DNA from: Gemmatimonadales bacterium
GTDB taxonomy: Bacteria > Gemmatimonadota > Gemmatimonadetes > Gemmatimonadales > GWC2-71-9
Assembly: GCA_041612035.1 (NCBI GenBank)
Contig: JBFILX010000002.1
Span: 1 to 36,606 of the forward strand
Reading direction: 5' to 3'
Length of the DNA: 36,606 nt
Shown here piece after piece: positions 1 through 7,510 of the stretch (its first letter is position 1; the number at the start of each line of letters is the position of its first letter). Under the pieces are notes generated by a model. That model was not told the origin of the DNA and did not search any database. It saw nothing but the letters and a program-made list of their open reading frames with translations. The position numbers were made by a program, and so were the translations under genes.

Positions 1-930
1 CTCGGCCAGGGCCACGGCGACGCCCACCTCCGCGTTCCCGAAGGTGGACAGCGTGGGGGCCTCGAGCGACCCGGCCACCGGTCCCTGGGGATTGGTGAGG
101 AACTCGCGCAGCCCCTCGGCGGTCAGCGGGCCATCGGCCAGGATCGGGTCCTGGGTGAACCCGGTGACCCCGAGCGTGGCGAAGGCCGCCTGCAGCGCGG
201 CCACCCGGGCCTGGATGGCCCCGCCGAGGACGCTGCTCCGGGTGGGCAGGAAGGGGGACGCGGTGCCTTCGCCGAGGGTGAGGGCGAGCAGGTCGTCACG
301 CAGGCGCGTGCCCTCCGCCGCCGTCTGCTCCGCCAGGGCCTTCCGGGCGGGGTCGAGGTCGTAGGCGCCGCGGGCGATTTCCTGGCGCAGCCGGTCGAGC
401 GCGGCTCCGAACCCGGTGAAGAAGGCCGTGGCCGCGGCTGCGCCGCCCCCGCCCCCGAAGACCGGATCGGCCGGGTTGAAGCCCGCGCCCGCGTTCGTGG
501 AGTCGAGCCCGATGGCACTCCGGACGACGACCCGCACAAAGGGCAGCCGGCCGAAGACGGTCACCCGGTCCGTCACGCCATACCCGAACCCGAGGCCCCC
601 CCGGCCCACCGTGACCAGGCGGGAAGCCGTGGTGCGGCCCAGGTTGAGCCGGGCGTCCGGCAGGCCGGTCATCCGCGCCAGCAGTTCGTCGGCCGATCCC
701 AGGGCCGGGATCAGGTTGGCGCCCGCGCTGTCCCGGATGAAATCGGCCAGGCCCGGCTCCTCCACGCCGCCGAAGAACCGCCGGTCCGAGGAGGAGAACT
801 CGCTCGTCACGCCCACCCGGAGCAGGCCTTTGGGAATGATGGGAGACGGGAGCTGGGCCGCGAGGGGGGCGGTGAGCCACCCCAGTCCGGCCAGCACGAG
901 GACCGTGGTCGTCAGGGAACGGAATTGCAT
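1..930 (-). CDS. hypothetical secreted protein, N-terminal part only (gene continues past the left edge)
   Basis: Absent from the supplied ORF track because it has no stop inside the window. The minus-strand frame from ATG (930-928) stays open to base 1: 310 codons, with no tta/cta/tca triplets in that register. Codon position 3 is almost always G/C. The N-terminus MQFRSLTTTVLVLAGLGWLTAPLAAQ looks like a Sec signal peptide. No family recognised. Confidence 0.65.
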   Translation of the reverse strand, partial: MQFRSLTTTVLVLAGLGWLTAPLAAQLPSPIIPKGLLRVGVTSEFSSSDRRFFGGVEEPGLADFIRDSAGANLIPALGSADELLARMTGLPDARLNLGRTTASRLVTVGRGGLGFGYGVTDRVTVFGRLPFVRVVVRSAIGLDSTNAGAGFNPADPVFGGGGGAAAATAFFTGFGAALDRLRQEIARGAYDLDPARKALAEQTAAEGTRLRDDLLALTLGEGTASPFLPTRSSVLGGAIQARVAALQAAFATLGVTGFTQDPILADGPLTAEGLREFLTNPQGPVAGSLEAPTLSTFGNAEVGVAVALAE

Positions 931-1015
931 GGCCGGTGCAAGTTGGCCGGGCGGCCCGACGGGCGCCAGACGGCGCCCGGCCCGGCCCCGGTCGAGGGGT
1001 ATATTCCCCGGCGGC

Positions 1016-1101
1016 GCTCGGGTGGCGAAACTGGCAAACGCAGGGGACTTAAAATCCCCAGGGGGATCTCCCCCGTGTGGGTTCGAATCCCACCCCGAGC
1101 A
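1016..1101 (+). tRNA. tRNA-Leu (anticodon UAA)
   Basis: Cloverleaf folded by hand. Acceptor stem GCTCGGG(1016-1022)/CCCGAGC(1094-1100), discriminator A1101. D arm GCG/CGC with GG in the loop. Anticodon stem GGGGA/TCCCC with loop C-T-TAA-A-A (anticodon 1050-1052). Long variable arm GGGGG-ATCT-CCCCC, typical of class II Leu tRNAs. T arm GTGGG-TTCGAAT-CCCAC. CCA is not encoded. Confidence 0.93.
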
Positions 1102-1114
1102 TGGGCGTCCCGGC

Positions 1115-1597
1115 TCAGTAGCTGCCGTCGGACGCGATGATGACGTAGGTGAGGGTCCCGCCGGCGACGAAGAAGGGGTGCTGGTTGCCCAGGGTCCGGA
1201 TCAGCTGGTCCATCAGCCGCTGCCGCGGGGAACTCACCGTGACCCCGATGATGTAGTGACCCTGCCCGATCGGGATGTTGTCGTACTCCAGCGTGTATTC
1301 CGGCTTGCTGAAGTCGGCGCTGCTGGGCAGGTAATTGACCAGCGCCGGGGGAATCACCCCGGGGTTGCCGTCCGGCGGCCAGGTGTCGTGGTCGGCGAAG
1401 TAGCTGTAGGACGCGACCATGACGCTCCGGAAATCGCCCGTGACGGCGGCGACCCGGACGTTGTCCCGGAAATCCCAGAACTTGTAGATGGCCAGCGCGG
1501 CCAGCAGCCCCATCACCAGCATCACGATGAGCAGTTCCACCATCGTGAAGCCGCGGCGGTTCCGCCGGCGCGGGCGGGCCACGGGCTCAGCGCACAT
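1115..1597 (-). CDS. prepilin-type N-terminal cleavage/methylation domain protein (type IV pilin / GspG-like pseudopilin)
   Basis: Basic leader followed by G|FTMVELLIVMLVMGLLAALAIYKF. This gives the Gly(-1), Phe(+1), Glu(+5) and hydrophobic helix signature of prepilin peptidase substrates. No Cys pair in the C-terminal domain. The ATG at 1597 overlaps the upstream gene by 11 nt; an in-frame GTG at 1582 is an alternative start. Confidence 0.85.
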   Translation of the reverse strand: MCAEPVARPRRRNRRGFTMVELLIVMLVMGLLAALAIYKFWDFRDNVRVAAVTGDFRSVMVASYSYFADHDTWPPDGNPGVIPPALVNYLPSSADFSKPEYTLEYDNIPIGQGHYIIGVTVSSPRQRLMDQLIRTLGNQHPFFVAGGTLTYVIIASDGSY

Positions 1598-2126
1598 GCT
1601 CGCGCACCGTCTTCATGCTGTTGCCCAGGAAGTCCTCGACCCGGTCGGTCGACTGCAACCGCAGGGACGTCCCCGCGTAGGTCATGCTGAGGGCGAACTG
1701 GTCCCCCGGCAGGATCTCGTACTCCACCCCCCGCACCTGCGACCCGGTCTCCGCCAGGGTCGCGGGCAGCCGGCCGTGCTCGCCCCGGAAGCGACGGACG
1801 GAGTTGGCCTCCCGGACCAGGGTCAGCCGGGCCGACGCCTCCTGGACCGCGACCGGCTCGGGAGGGGGAGGCGGGGGGACGAGCCAGTCAGGCTGGGTGA
1901 TCAGCAGCACGGCGAGCGCGGCGGCGACCGCCGTGCCTCCGATCAGCACGACCGGACGCGCTCCCGAGCGGGGAGCCCCCCTGGACTGCGGCTCGCGCTT
2001 GGCCTGGACGGCGGCCTGGGCCGCCTCGAGGAGCGCGTCCTTCATCCCCTCCGGGGCAGCGCCCGATCGCTGCTCAGGCACGGCGGCCGTCCTGGCGGCA
2101 ATGGGCATGGCGGTTCGGCTTCGCAA
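1587..2126 (-). CDS. hypothetical single-pass membrane protein
   Basis: 179-aa ORF with good G/C at codon position 3. It has a predicted TM segment (VVLIGGTAVAAALAVLLI) followed by a Pro-rich linker (PPPPPPEP) and a roughly 90-aa C-terminal domain. It sits between the response regulator and pilin genes on the same strand. No family recognised. The start is uncertain, with internal Met codons further in. Confidence 0.6.
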   Translation of the reverse strand: MRSRTAMPIAARTAAVPEQRSGAAPEGMKDALLEAAQAAVQAKREPQSRGAPRSGARPVVLIGGTAVAAALAVLLITQPDWLVPPPPPPEPVAVQEASARLTLVREANSVRRFRGEHGRLPATLAETGSQVRGVEYEILPGDQFALSMTYAGTSLRLQSTDRVEDFLGNSMKTVREHVR

Positions 2127-2140
2127 GGACCATTCCCCGG

Positions 2141-2503
2141 TCAGCGCTTGAGCGCACGGACCACCTCGTCGGGGAACTCCCGGACATTGATCGGCTTCGT
2201 GATGTACCCGTCGAAGCCGGCGCCCAGCGCGCGCTCCCGGTCGCCCTCCATCGCGTGCGCGGTGAGGGCGATCACGGGGAGGTCCGAAAATCCGCCAGCC
2301 CGGAGTTCCTCCAGCAGGGCGAACCCGTCGCGGTCGGGCAGCTGGATGTCCATGAGGACCACCTCCGGCCGGGTGGCGCGGATGGTCTCCAGCAACCCGT
2401 CCCCGGTGGCGAGGCCGGTCACGGCGTGGCCGTGCATGGCCAGGATCGCCGTGAACAGCTTCATGTTGTCGGGGCTGTCCTCAACGACGAGGATGCGCGC
2501 CAC
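2141..2503 (-). CDS. single-domain CheY-like response regulator (receiver only)
   Basis: 120 aa. Receiver signature: ILVVEDS acidic pocket, phospho-acceptor context VVLMDIQLPDRDG, ALTAH and ITKP (conserved Thr and Lys). No output domain. GTG start at 2503 preceded by GAGG. Confidence 0.92.
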   Translation of the reverse strand: MARILVVEDSPDNMKLFTAILAMHGHAVTGLATGDGLLETIRATRPEVVLMDIQLPDRDGFALLEELRAGGFSDLPVIALTAHAMEGDRERALGAGFDGYITKPINVREFPDEVVRALKR

Positions 2504-2602
2504 GCTGCCTCGGGCCGGTTAGGCTTATGGTTGGGTCGGAATCGAGCATCCAATGTAACAGCACGCGGTCACCCATCCCTAAGCATTAAGGATTCATTAG
2601 GA

Positions 2603-3874
2603 ATGATCGTCCGAGGTACGATCACGGTCCCCGGGGACAAGAGCATTACCCACCGGGCCCTGCTTTTCGCCGCACTCAGCCGGGGCTCCTGCCTGATCTC
2701 GGGGGCGCTCACCTCGCTCGACGCCCGGTCCACGGCCGCGGTGCTTCGCCGCCTGGGCGTGGGCGTCGGGGCGCTCCGGCGCGGGGCCCGGGTCCGGGTG
2801 GTCGCCCCGGAAGCGCTGTCGGCCCCCGACGGCCCGCTCGACTGTGGCAACTCCGGGACCACCGCGCGGCTGGGACTGGGGGTCCTGGCGGGGCACCCCT
2901 TCCGGTCAACGCTGACGGGCGACCGGTCGCTCCGCCGCCGGCCCATGCGCCGGGTCACCGAGCCGCTGGTGCTGATGGGGGCCGGGGTCGAGCCCTCCGA
3001 GCGGGACGGGCTGCCGGTGACCATCACGGGGGGGCGCCTTCGTCCGCTGCGGTGGGAGCTGCCGGTCTCCAGCGCCCAGCTCAAGGGGGCCCTCCTCCTG
3101 GCCGGGGTGGTGGGGCGCGTGCCGGTGCGGGTCCGGGAGCCCGCGGGCCGCTCGCGCGACCACACGGAGCGGCTGCTCCGCTGGTTCGGGTACGGCGTGA
3201 CCGAGTCGGACGACGGGTGGATCGGGCTCGAGCCGGACGGCGAGGTGGTGCCCTTCTCCATGGCCGTTCCGGGCGATATTTCATCCGCCGCCTTCCTGGT
3301 CGCGGCGGGCACGCTGGCGGATGAAGGCGAACTGCGGCTGCCGGGGGTGGGGGTCAATCCGACCCGGACCGGGTTCCTCGACGTGCTGCGCCGAATGGGG
3401 GGGCAGGTGGACCTGGAGAACCCACGCATCGCGCAGGGCGAACCGGTGGCCGACCTGGTGGTGCGCCCGGCCCCGCTGCAGGCCACCCAGGTGTCGGGCC
3501 CCGAGATCCCGGGACTCATCGACGAGGTGCCGGTCCTCGCCGTCCTGGCGAGCCGGGCGCAGGGGACGACCGTGTTCCACGAGGTCGGGGAGCTTCGGGT
3601 CAAGGAGAGTGACCGGCTGCGCCTGCTGGCGGAAAACCTCCGCGCCGTCGGGGTGGAGGCGGACGCCGCCGACAGCACGCTCTGGGTGAACGGGGACGAC
3701 CGACCGCCCCGCGGCCGCATCGTCACCGAGGGAGATCACCGGATCGCGATGGCGTTCGAGGTGCTGGGCCGGGTGCGGGGTGCCGCCGTGGCGGTGGACG
3801 ACCTGGGCTGCGCCGAGGTGAGTTTCCCCGGTTTCCCGGCCGCGCTCCGGGCGGTCACGGGGGCCGGCCGGTGA
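2603..3874 (+). CDS. aroA: 3-phosphoshikimate 1-carboxyvinyltransferase (EPSP synthase)
   Basis: Translation from the in-frame ATG at 2603 begins MIVRGTITVPGDKSITHRALLFAALS, continues DCGNSGTTARL, and has LRVKESDRL and DHRIAMAF near the C-terminus. These are classic AroA motifs. The longer ORF from 2255 overlaps the divergent response regulator gene and is rejected. Confidence 0.95.
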   Translation: MIVRGTITVPGDKSITHRALLFAALSRGSCLISGALTSLDARSTAAVLRRLGVGVGALRRGARVRVVAPEALSAPDGPLDCGNSGTTARLGLGVLAGHPFRSTLTGDRSLRRRPMRRVTEPLVLMGAGVEPSERDGLPVTITGGRLRPLRWELPVSSAQLKGALLLAGVVGRVPVRVREPAGRSRDHTERLLRWFGYGVTESDDGWIGLEPDGEVVPFSMAVPGDISSAAFLVAAGTLADEGELRLPGVGVNPTRTGFLDVLRRMGGQVDLENPRIAQGEPVADLVVRPAPLQATQVSGPEIPGLIDEVPVLAVLASRAQGTTVFHEVGELRVKESDRLRLLAENLRAVGVEADAADSTLWVNGDDRPPRGRIVTEGDHRIAMAFEVLGRVRGAAVAVDDLGCAEVSFPGFPAALRAVTGAGR

Positions 3875-4560
3875 TCCGGGTGGTGGCGGTGGACGGACCG
3901 GCCGCCTCGGGCAAGTCGAGCACCGGCGCCGAGGTGGCCCGCCGGCTGAACTATCTGCATGTCGACTCGGGGGCCCTCTACCGGGCCGTGACGCTGGTGG
4001 CCCTCGGGCTCGAGGCGGCGGCCGGGGCGGGGGAGATCCTGGCCGCGGCGGAAGGGCGCCGGCTCGATCTCGAGGAGCGGGACGGGGCGGCGGTGGTGGT
4101 GCTGGACGGTCGCCCGGCCGAGGGGGTGATCCGGACCGCCGCGGTGACGGCGGCGGTCTCCCGGGTGTCGGCCATCCCCGAGGTACGGGACTGGGTCAAC
4201 CGGCGGCTCCGGGCCTTCGCGGGGCGCGGGCGGGGCGTCGTGGTGGACGGCCGGGACATCGGGACGGCGGTCTTCCCGGCGGCCCCGGTGAAGATCTACC
4301 TGCTGGCGGGCCCCGAGGAGCGGGCCCGGCGGCGGCTGCAGCAGCGCGCGGAGGAGACCGGCCCGGACGCGGTGGCGCGGGAAGCGGGGCTGCTCCGGGC
4401 CCGGGACCAGGCCGACGCCAGCCGGCCGGTGGCGCCGCTGCGGCCTGCTCCGGACGCTGTGCACCTCGACACCTCGACGATGACCCAGGCCGAGGTGGTG
4501 ACCGCGATCCTGGCGGCGGTCCGTCGGTCTCCCTTGCAGGGGGACGTTCCGGCGGCGTAA
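3871..4560 (+). CDS. cmk: cytidylate kinase
   Basis: MIRVVAVDGPAASGKSSTGAEVARRL (P-loop) followed by DSGALYRAVT. The aroA-cmk-rpsA order is widely conserved. The GTG start overlaps the aroA stop (GTGA 3871-3874). Confidence 0.92.
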   Translation: MIRVVAVDGPAASGKSSTGAEVARRLNYLHVDSGALYRAVTLVALGLEAAAGAGEILAAAEGRRLDLEERDGAAVVVLDGRPAEGVIRTAAVTAAVSRVSAIPEVRDWVNRRLRAFAGRGRGVVVDGRDIGTAVFPAAPVKIYLLAGPEERARRRLQQRAEETGPDAVAREAGLLRARDQADASRPVAPLRPAPDAVHLDTSTMTQAEVVTAILAAVRRSPLQGDVPAA

Positions 4561-4648
4561 CTTTCCGGGTTCCCTCGGGCTCCGGCCCGACTGCCTTCAC
4601 TCAGCCCGCGCGCGGGTCGGCGCGGCCACATCACGAGGTTCCGCACGC

Positions 4649-6442
4649 ATGTCGTCCACCACCAAGCCCCCCGCCATTCCCGGCCTCAGCACCGAAACCG
4701 GCCTCAAGGTCCGCCAGGACCTCTACGACGAGGACTACAGCCACGAGGAGTACCAGGACATGCTCTCGATGTACGAGAGCACCCTGGCGGCCATCGTCGA
4801 GGGCGAGATCGTCAAGTCCACCGTCCTCCGGGTGAGCGAAAACGCCGTCATCCTGGACGTCGGGTTCAAGTCCGAGGGGTCGGTCGCGCTCGACGAATTC
4901 ACCGAGCCGCCGGCCATCGGCGACGAGGTCGAGGTCTTCCTCGAGCACCTGGAAGACCAGGACGGGGCGGTGGTCCTGTCCAAGAAGAAGGCCGACTTCA
5001 TGCGGGTGTGGGAGAAGATCCGGCACGCGTACGAGAGCGACGAGCCGGTCGAAGGCACCCTGATGAAGAAGATCAAGGGCGGCGTGGTGGTGTCGGTGAT
5101 GGGGGTGGACGCCTTCCTGCCCGGCAGCCAGATCGCGCTCCGCCGGGTGCCCAACATCGACGACCTGCTGGGCTCGACCTACCACTTCAAGATCATCAAG
5201 CTCAACAAGCGGCGGCGGAACATCGTGGTCAGCCGCCGCGTCATCCTGGAGGGCGAGCGGGCCGAGAAGCGCGAGCACCTGATGAAGGAGCTCGAGGTGG
5301 GCCAGGTCCGGAAGGGCGTGGTGAAGAACATCACCGACTTCGGCGCCTTCATCGACCTGGGCGGCGTGGACGGCCTGCTCCACATCACCGACATGTCGTA
5401 CGGCCGGGTGTCCCACCCGTCCGAGGCGGTCTCCATCGGCCAGGAAGTCGAGATCAAGATCCTCGACATCGACTGGGACCGGGAGCGCATCAGCCTGGGC
5501 ATGAAGCAGCTGCAGGCCTACCCGTGGAAGGACGTGGGCGCGCGGTACCCGGTGGGCACCCGGGTGCAGGGCAAGGTGGTGTCCATCACCAACTACGGCG
5601 CCTTCGTCGAGCTGGAGCCCGGCATCGAGGGGCTGGTGCACATCTCCGAGATGAGCTGGACCCGGAACGTGCGGCACCCCTCCAAGATCGTGAGCATCGG
5701 CGAGACCATCGAGGCCGTGGTGCTCAAGGTGGACGAGGCCGAGGAGAAGATCTCGCTCGGCATGAAGCAGACCGAGCAGGATCCCTGGATGACGCTGCCC
5801 ACCAAGTACCCGATCGGCAGCCGGGTCTCGGGCAAGGTGCGCAACCTGACCAGCTTCGGCGCCTTCGTCGAGCTGGAGCCGGGCATCGACGGGCTGATCC
5901 ACATCTCGGACATGTCCTGGACCAAGCGCGTCCAGCACCCCTCGGAGATCGTCAAGAAGAGTGACGTCGTCGAGGTGATGGTCCTCAACATCGACGTCGA
6001 CAACAAGCGGATCTCGCTCGGGCTCAAGCAGGCGGAGGAGGATCCCTGGCTCAAGATCGGGGAGACCTACCCCGTGGGCACCGCGCTCCGGGGACGGGTC
6101 GTGCGCCTGATGGACAAGGGCGTCGTGGTGGACCTGGGCAACGACCTCGAGGGCTTCGTGCCGATGAGCCAGCTGGGCAAGGAGGACATCCAGAGCCCGG
6201 CGGAGGCGGTGCAGGAAGGGCAGGTGGTGGAGGCCGCCGTGCTCGAGGTGGACCCGATCCACCACCGCATCGTGGTGGGCGTGACCGGCTATCCCGACGA
6301 GCCCATCATCCCGATCCAGCGGCCGGTCGTGGAGGACGACGCCGACGAGGACGAGGAGGAAGAGGTCCCCGCGCCGCCCGCCCCGGCCGAGGCGTCGAGC
6401 GACGAGGCGCCCGCGGCGGAGTCGCCCCCGGCCGAGGCCTGA
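4649..6442 (+). CDS. rpsA: 30S ribosomal protein S1
   Basis: 597 aa with six repeated S1 (OB-fold) domains, showing recurring ...G.V..IT.FGAFV.L..G..GL.HIS... blocks. Ends in an acidic Pro/Ala/Glu-rich tail. Confidence 0.96.
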   Translation: MSSTTKPPAIPGLSTETGLKVRQDLYDEDYSHEEYQDMLSMYESTLAAIVEGEIVKSTVLRVSENAVILDVGFKSEGSVALDEFTEPPAIGDEVEVFLEHLEDQDGAVVLSKKKADFMRVWEKIRHAYESDEPVEGTLMKKIKGGVVVSVMGVDAFLPGSQIALRRVPNIDDLLGSTYHFKIIKLNKRRRNIVVSRRVILEGERAEKREHLMKELEVGQVRKGVVKNITDFGAFIDLGGVDGLLHITDMSYGRVSHPSEAVSIGQEVEIKILDIDWDRERISLGMKQLQAYPWKDVGARYPVGTRVQGKVVSITNYGAFVELEPGIEGLVHISEMSWTRNVRHPSKIVSIGETIEAVVLKVDEAEEKISLGMKQTEQDPWMTLPTKYPIGSRVSGKVRNLTSFGAFVELEPGIDGLIHISDMSWTKRVQHPSEIVKKSDVVEVMVLNIDVDNKRISLGLKQAEEDPWLKIGETYPVGTALRGRVVRLMDKGVVVDLGNDLEGFVPMSQLGKEDIQSPAEAVQEGQVVEAAVLEVDPIHHRIVVGVTGYPDEPIIPIQRPVVEDDADEDEEEEVPAPPAPAEASSDEAPAAESPPAEA

Positions 6443-6466
6443 TCGGCGGCCGGCACTCCTGCGCCG

Positions 6467-6502
6467 ACGGGGCGGCCCCCAGGGGCCGCCCCGTGCGCGT
6501 TT
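6467..6502 (+). terminator. rho-independent terminator candidate after rpsA
   Basis: ACGGGGCGGCCCC(6467-6479) pairs perfectly with GGGGCCGCCCCGT(6482-6494), 24 nt after the rpsA stop. It is followed by GCGCGTTT, a short T tract at 6500-6502. Confidence 0.7.
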
Positions 6503-6686
6503 CGGCCCGCCCGGCGCGGGACGGTCCACCCCTTGCATCCCCGGCTCCCCGGGGGGGCGACCCGTGCGGGAGCGCCCGACGATGGAGCCGTATCATCTGA
6601 TGGGAATCTGCGGGACCGGTCAGGCGGTCGCGACCGGGTATCTTTGGAACGGACCGCGCGCCCCCCGCGCGATGCCCGGGACCTCG

Positions 6687-7430
6687 ATGCCGACGCTTTC
6701 TCTCACGACACGGCAGGTGGCGGACGCCTACTGGGCGGGGTTCCTGGGCGTCCCCGCCGACGCCCTGCGGGCCGGGGGCTCCGCCGCGATCGCCCACGGC
6801 GCCGCCCTGGCCGACTACCGCGGGGTCTTCATCCTCCAGGTGGAGGGAACCTCGGTGGTGTCGCTCCCGCCCGACCTCATGGCGGCGGTGGCGCCCCGGG
6901 TACCGTTCTGGCCCCCCTCCGTGGTGAGCATGCGGGCCGCCCTCTGCGCCGAAATCGCCCCCATCCGCCCCATCGCCGTCATCGGGCCCCTGCAGCTCAG
7001 CTACCTGGCGGACCGTGTGCCCGACGCCGCAGGTGTGGCCTCGGTGCGACAGCTCGCGGCGTCGGACGGCGTCGCGGTCGCCGCCCTGCGGCGCGCGTGC
7101 GCGCCCAGCGAATGGGAGGATGGCGGGGCGCTGGCCGAGGGCAGCCTCCGGTTCGGCGCGTTCACCGGCGACCACCAGCTCGTCGCCCTGGCCGGCTACG
7201 AGGTCTGGGGCGGGCGGCTGGCGCACCTGGCCTTCGTGACCCACCCGGCACACCGGCGGCGCGGCCACGGCCAGGCCGCCGCGCGGGCCGCGGCGAGCGC
7301 CGCCGTCGCGGCGGGCCTGGTGCCCCAGTGGCGCGCCTCGGAACGGAACCCGGGCGCGATGGCGGTGCAGCGGGCGCTGGGCTTCGTGCCCTACGGGTTC
7401 ACGATGGCCCTCCACCTCCCCCGCATCTAG
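6687..7430 (+). CDS. GNAT family N-acetyltransferase with an uncharacterised N-terminal region
   Basis: The C-terminal part has the acetyl-CoA-binding signature (LAFVTHPAHRRRGHGQAAARAAASAA, i.e. R-x-x-G-x-G) followed by NPGAMAVQRALGFVPYG. The ORF is open from 6564, with candidate starts at 6672 and 6687. I chose 6687 (MPTLSLTTRQ); the start is uncertain. Confidence 0.75.
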   Translation: MPTLSLTTRQVADAYWAGFLGVPADALRAGGSAAIAHGAALADYRGVFILQVEGTSVVSLPPDLMAAVAPRVPFWPPSVVSMRAALCAEIAPIRPIAVIGPLQLSYLADRVPDAAGVASVRQLAASDGVAVAALRRACAPSEWEDGGALAEGSLRFGAFTGDHQLVALAGYEVWGGRLAHLAFVTHPAHRRRGHGQAAARAAASAAVAAGLVPQWRASERNPGAMAVQRALGFVPYGFTMALHLPRI

Positions 7431-7510
7431 CGCCACGGGTCCGGCGGCCCCCGGGGGCCGTGTATACTCGGAGGACCCGCCGCCCGGCGGGCCGCACCGA
7501 GGAGCCCGGC

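Noticed and set aside
416-1690. 424-aa plus-strand ORF spanning the left-edge gene, the tRNA and the pilin gene. Other out-of-frame or run-on plus-strand ORFs include 1488-2522, 7768-10338, 20821-22173, 23265-24968, 31991-33367, 33243-34049 and 34269-35423. The upstream portions of the ORFs beginning at 2255, 6533, 10707, 12203, 15089, 15940, 18837, 26156, 28164 and 31299 belong to the same class.
   Set aside because: These run straight through a tRNA gene or through better-supported genes in another frame. Their composition is the Arg/Gly/Pro-rich pattern of wrong-frame high-GC translation. For the run-on ORFs, the conserved protein begins at an internal start that coincides with the end of the preceding gene.
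1016-2503. Possible genomic island integrated at the 3' end of tRNA-Leu (the pilin, hypothetical and response regulator genes).
   Set aside because: There is no integrase or recombinase and I found no direct repeat of the tRNA 3' end elsewhere in the window. Base composition and codon-position-3 G/C look the same as in the flanking core genes, and aroA follows directly.
2504-2602. Lower-GC divergent intergenic region with CATTAAGGA / CATTAGGA half-repeats between the response regulator and aroA, considered as a regulator-binding site or small RNA.
   Set aside because: The repeat is short and imperfect. The neighbouring response regulator has no DNA-binding domain, and lower GC is normal for promoter regions. 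I could not define convincing -35/-10 pairs on either strand.
5597-5880. Near-identical DNA repeat GGCGCCTTCGTCGAGCTGGAGCC at 5597-5619 and 5858-5880 (261 nt apart), with similar flanks.
   Set aside because: The spacing is exactly 87 codons and both copies encode the GAFVELEPG...HIS core of adjacent S1 domains within rpsA. This is internal domain repetition, not a CRISPR, REP or mobile-element repeat.
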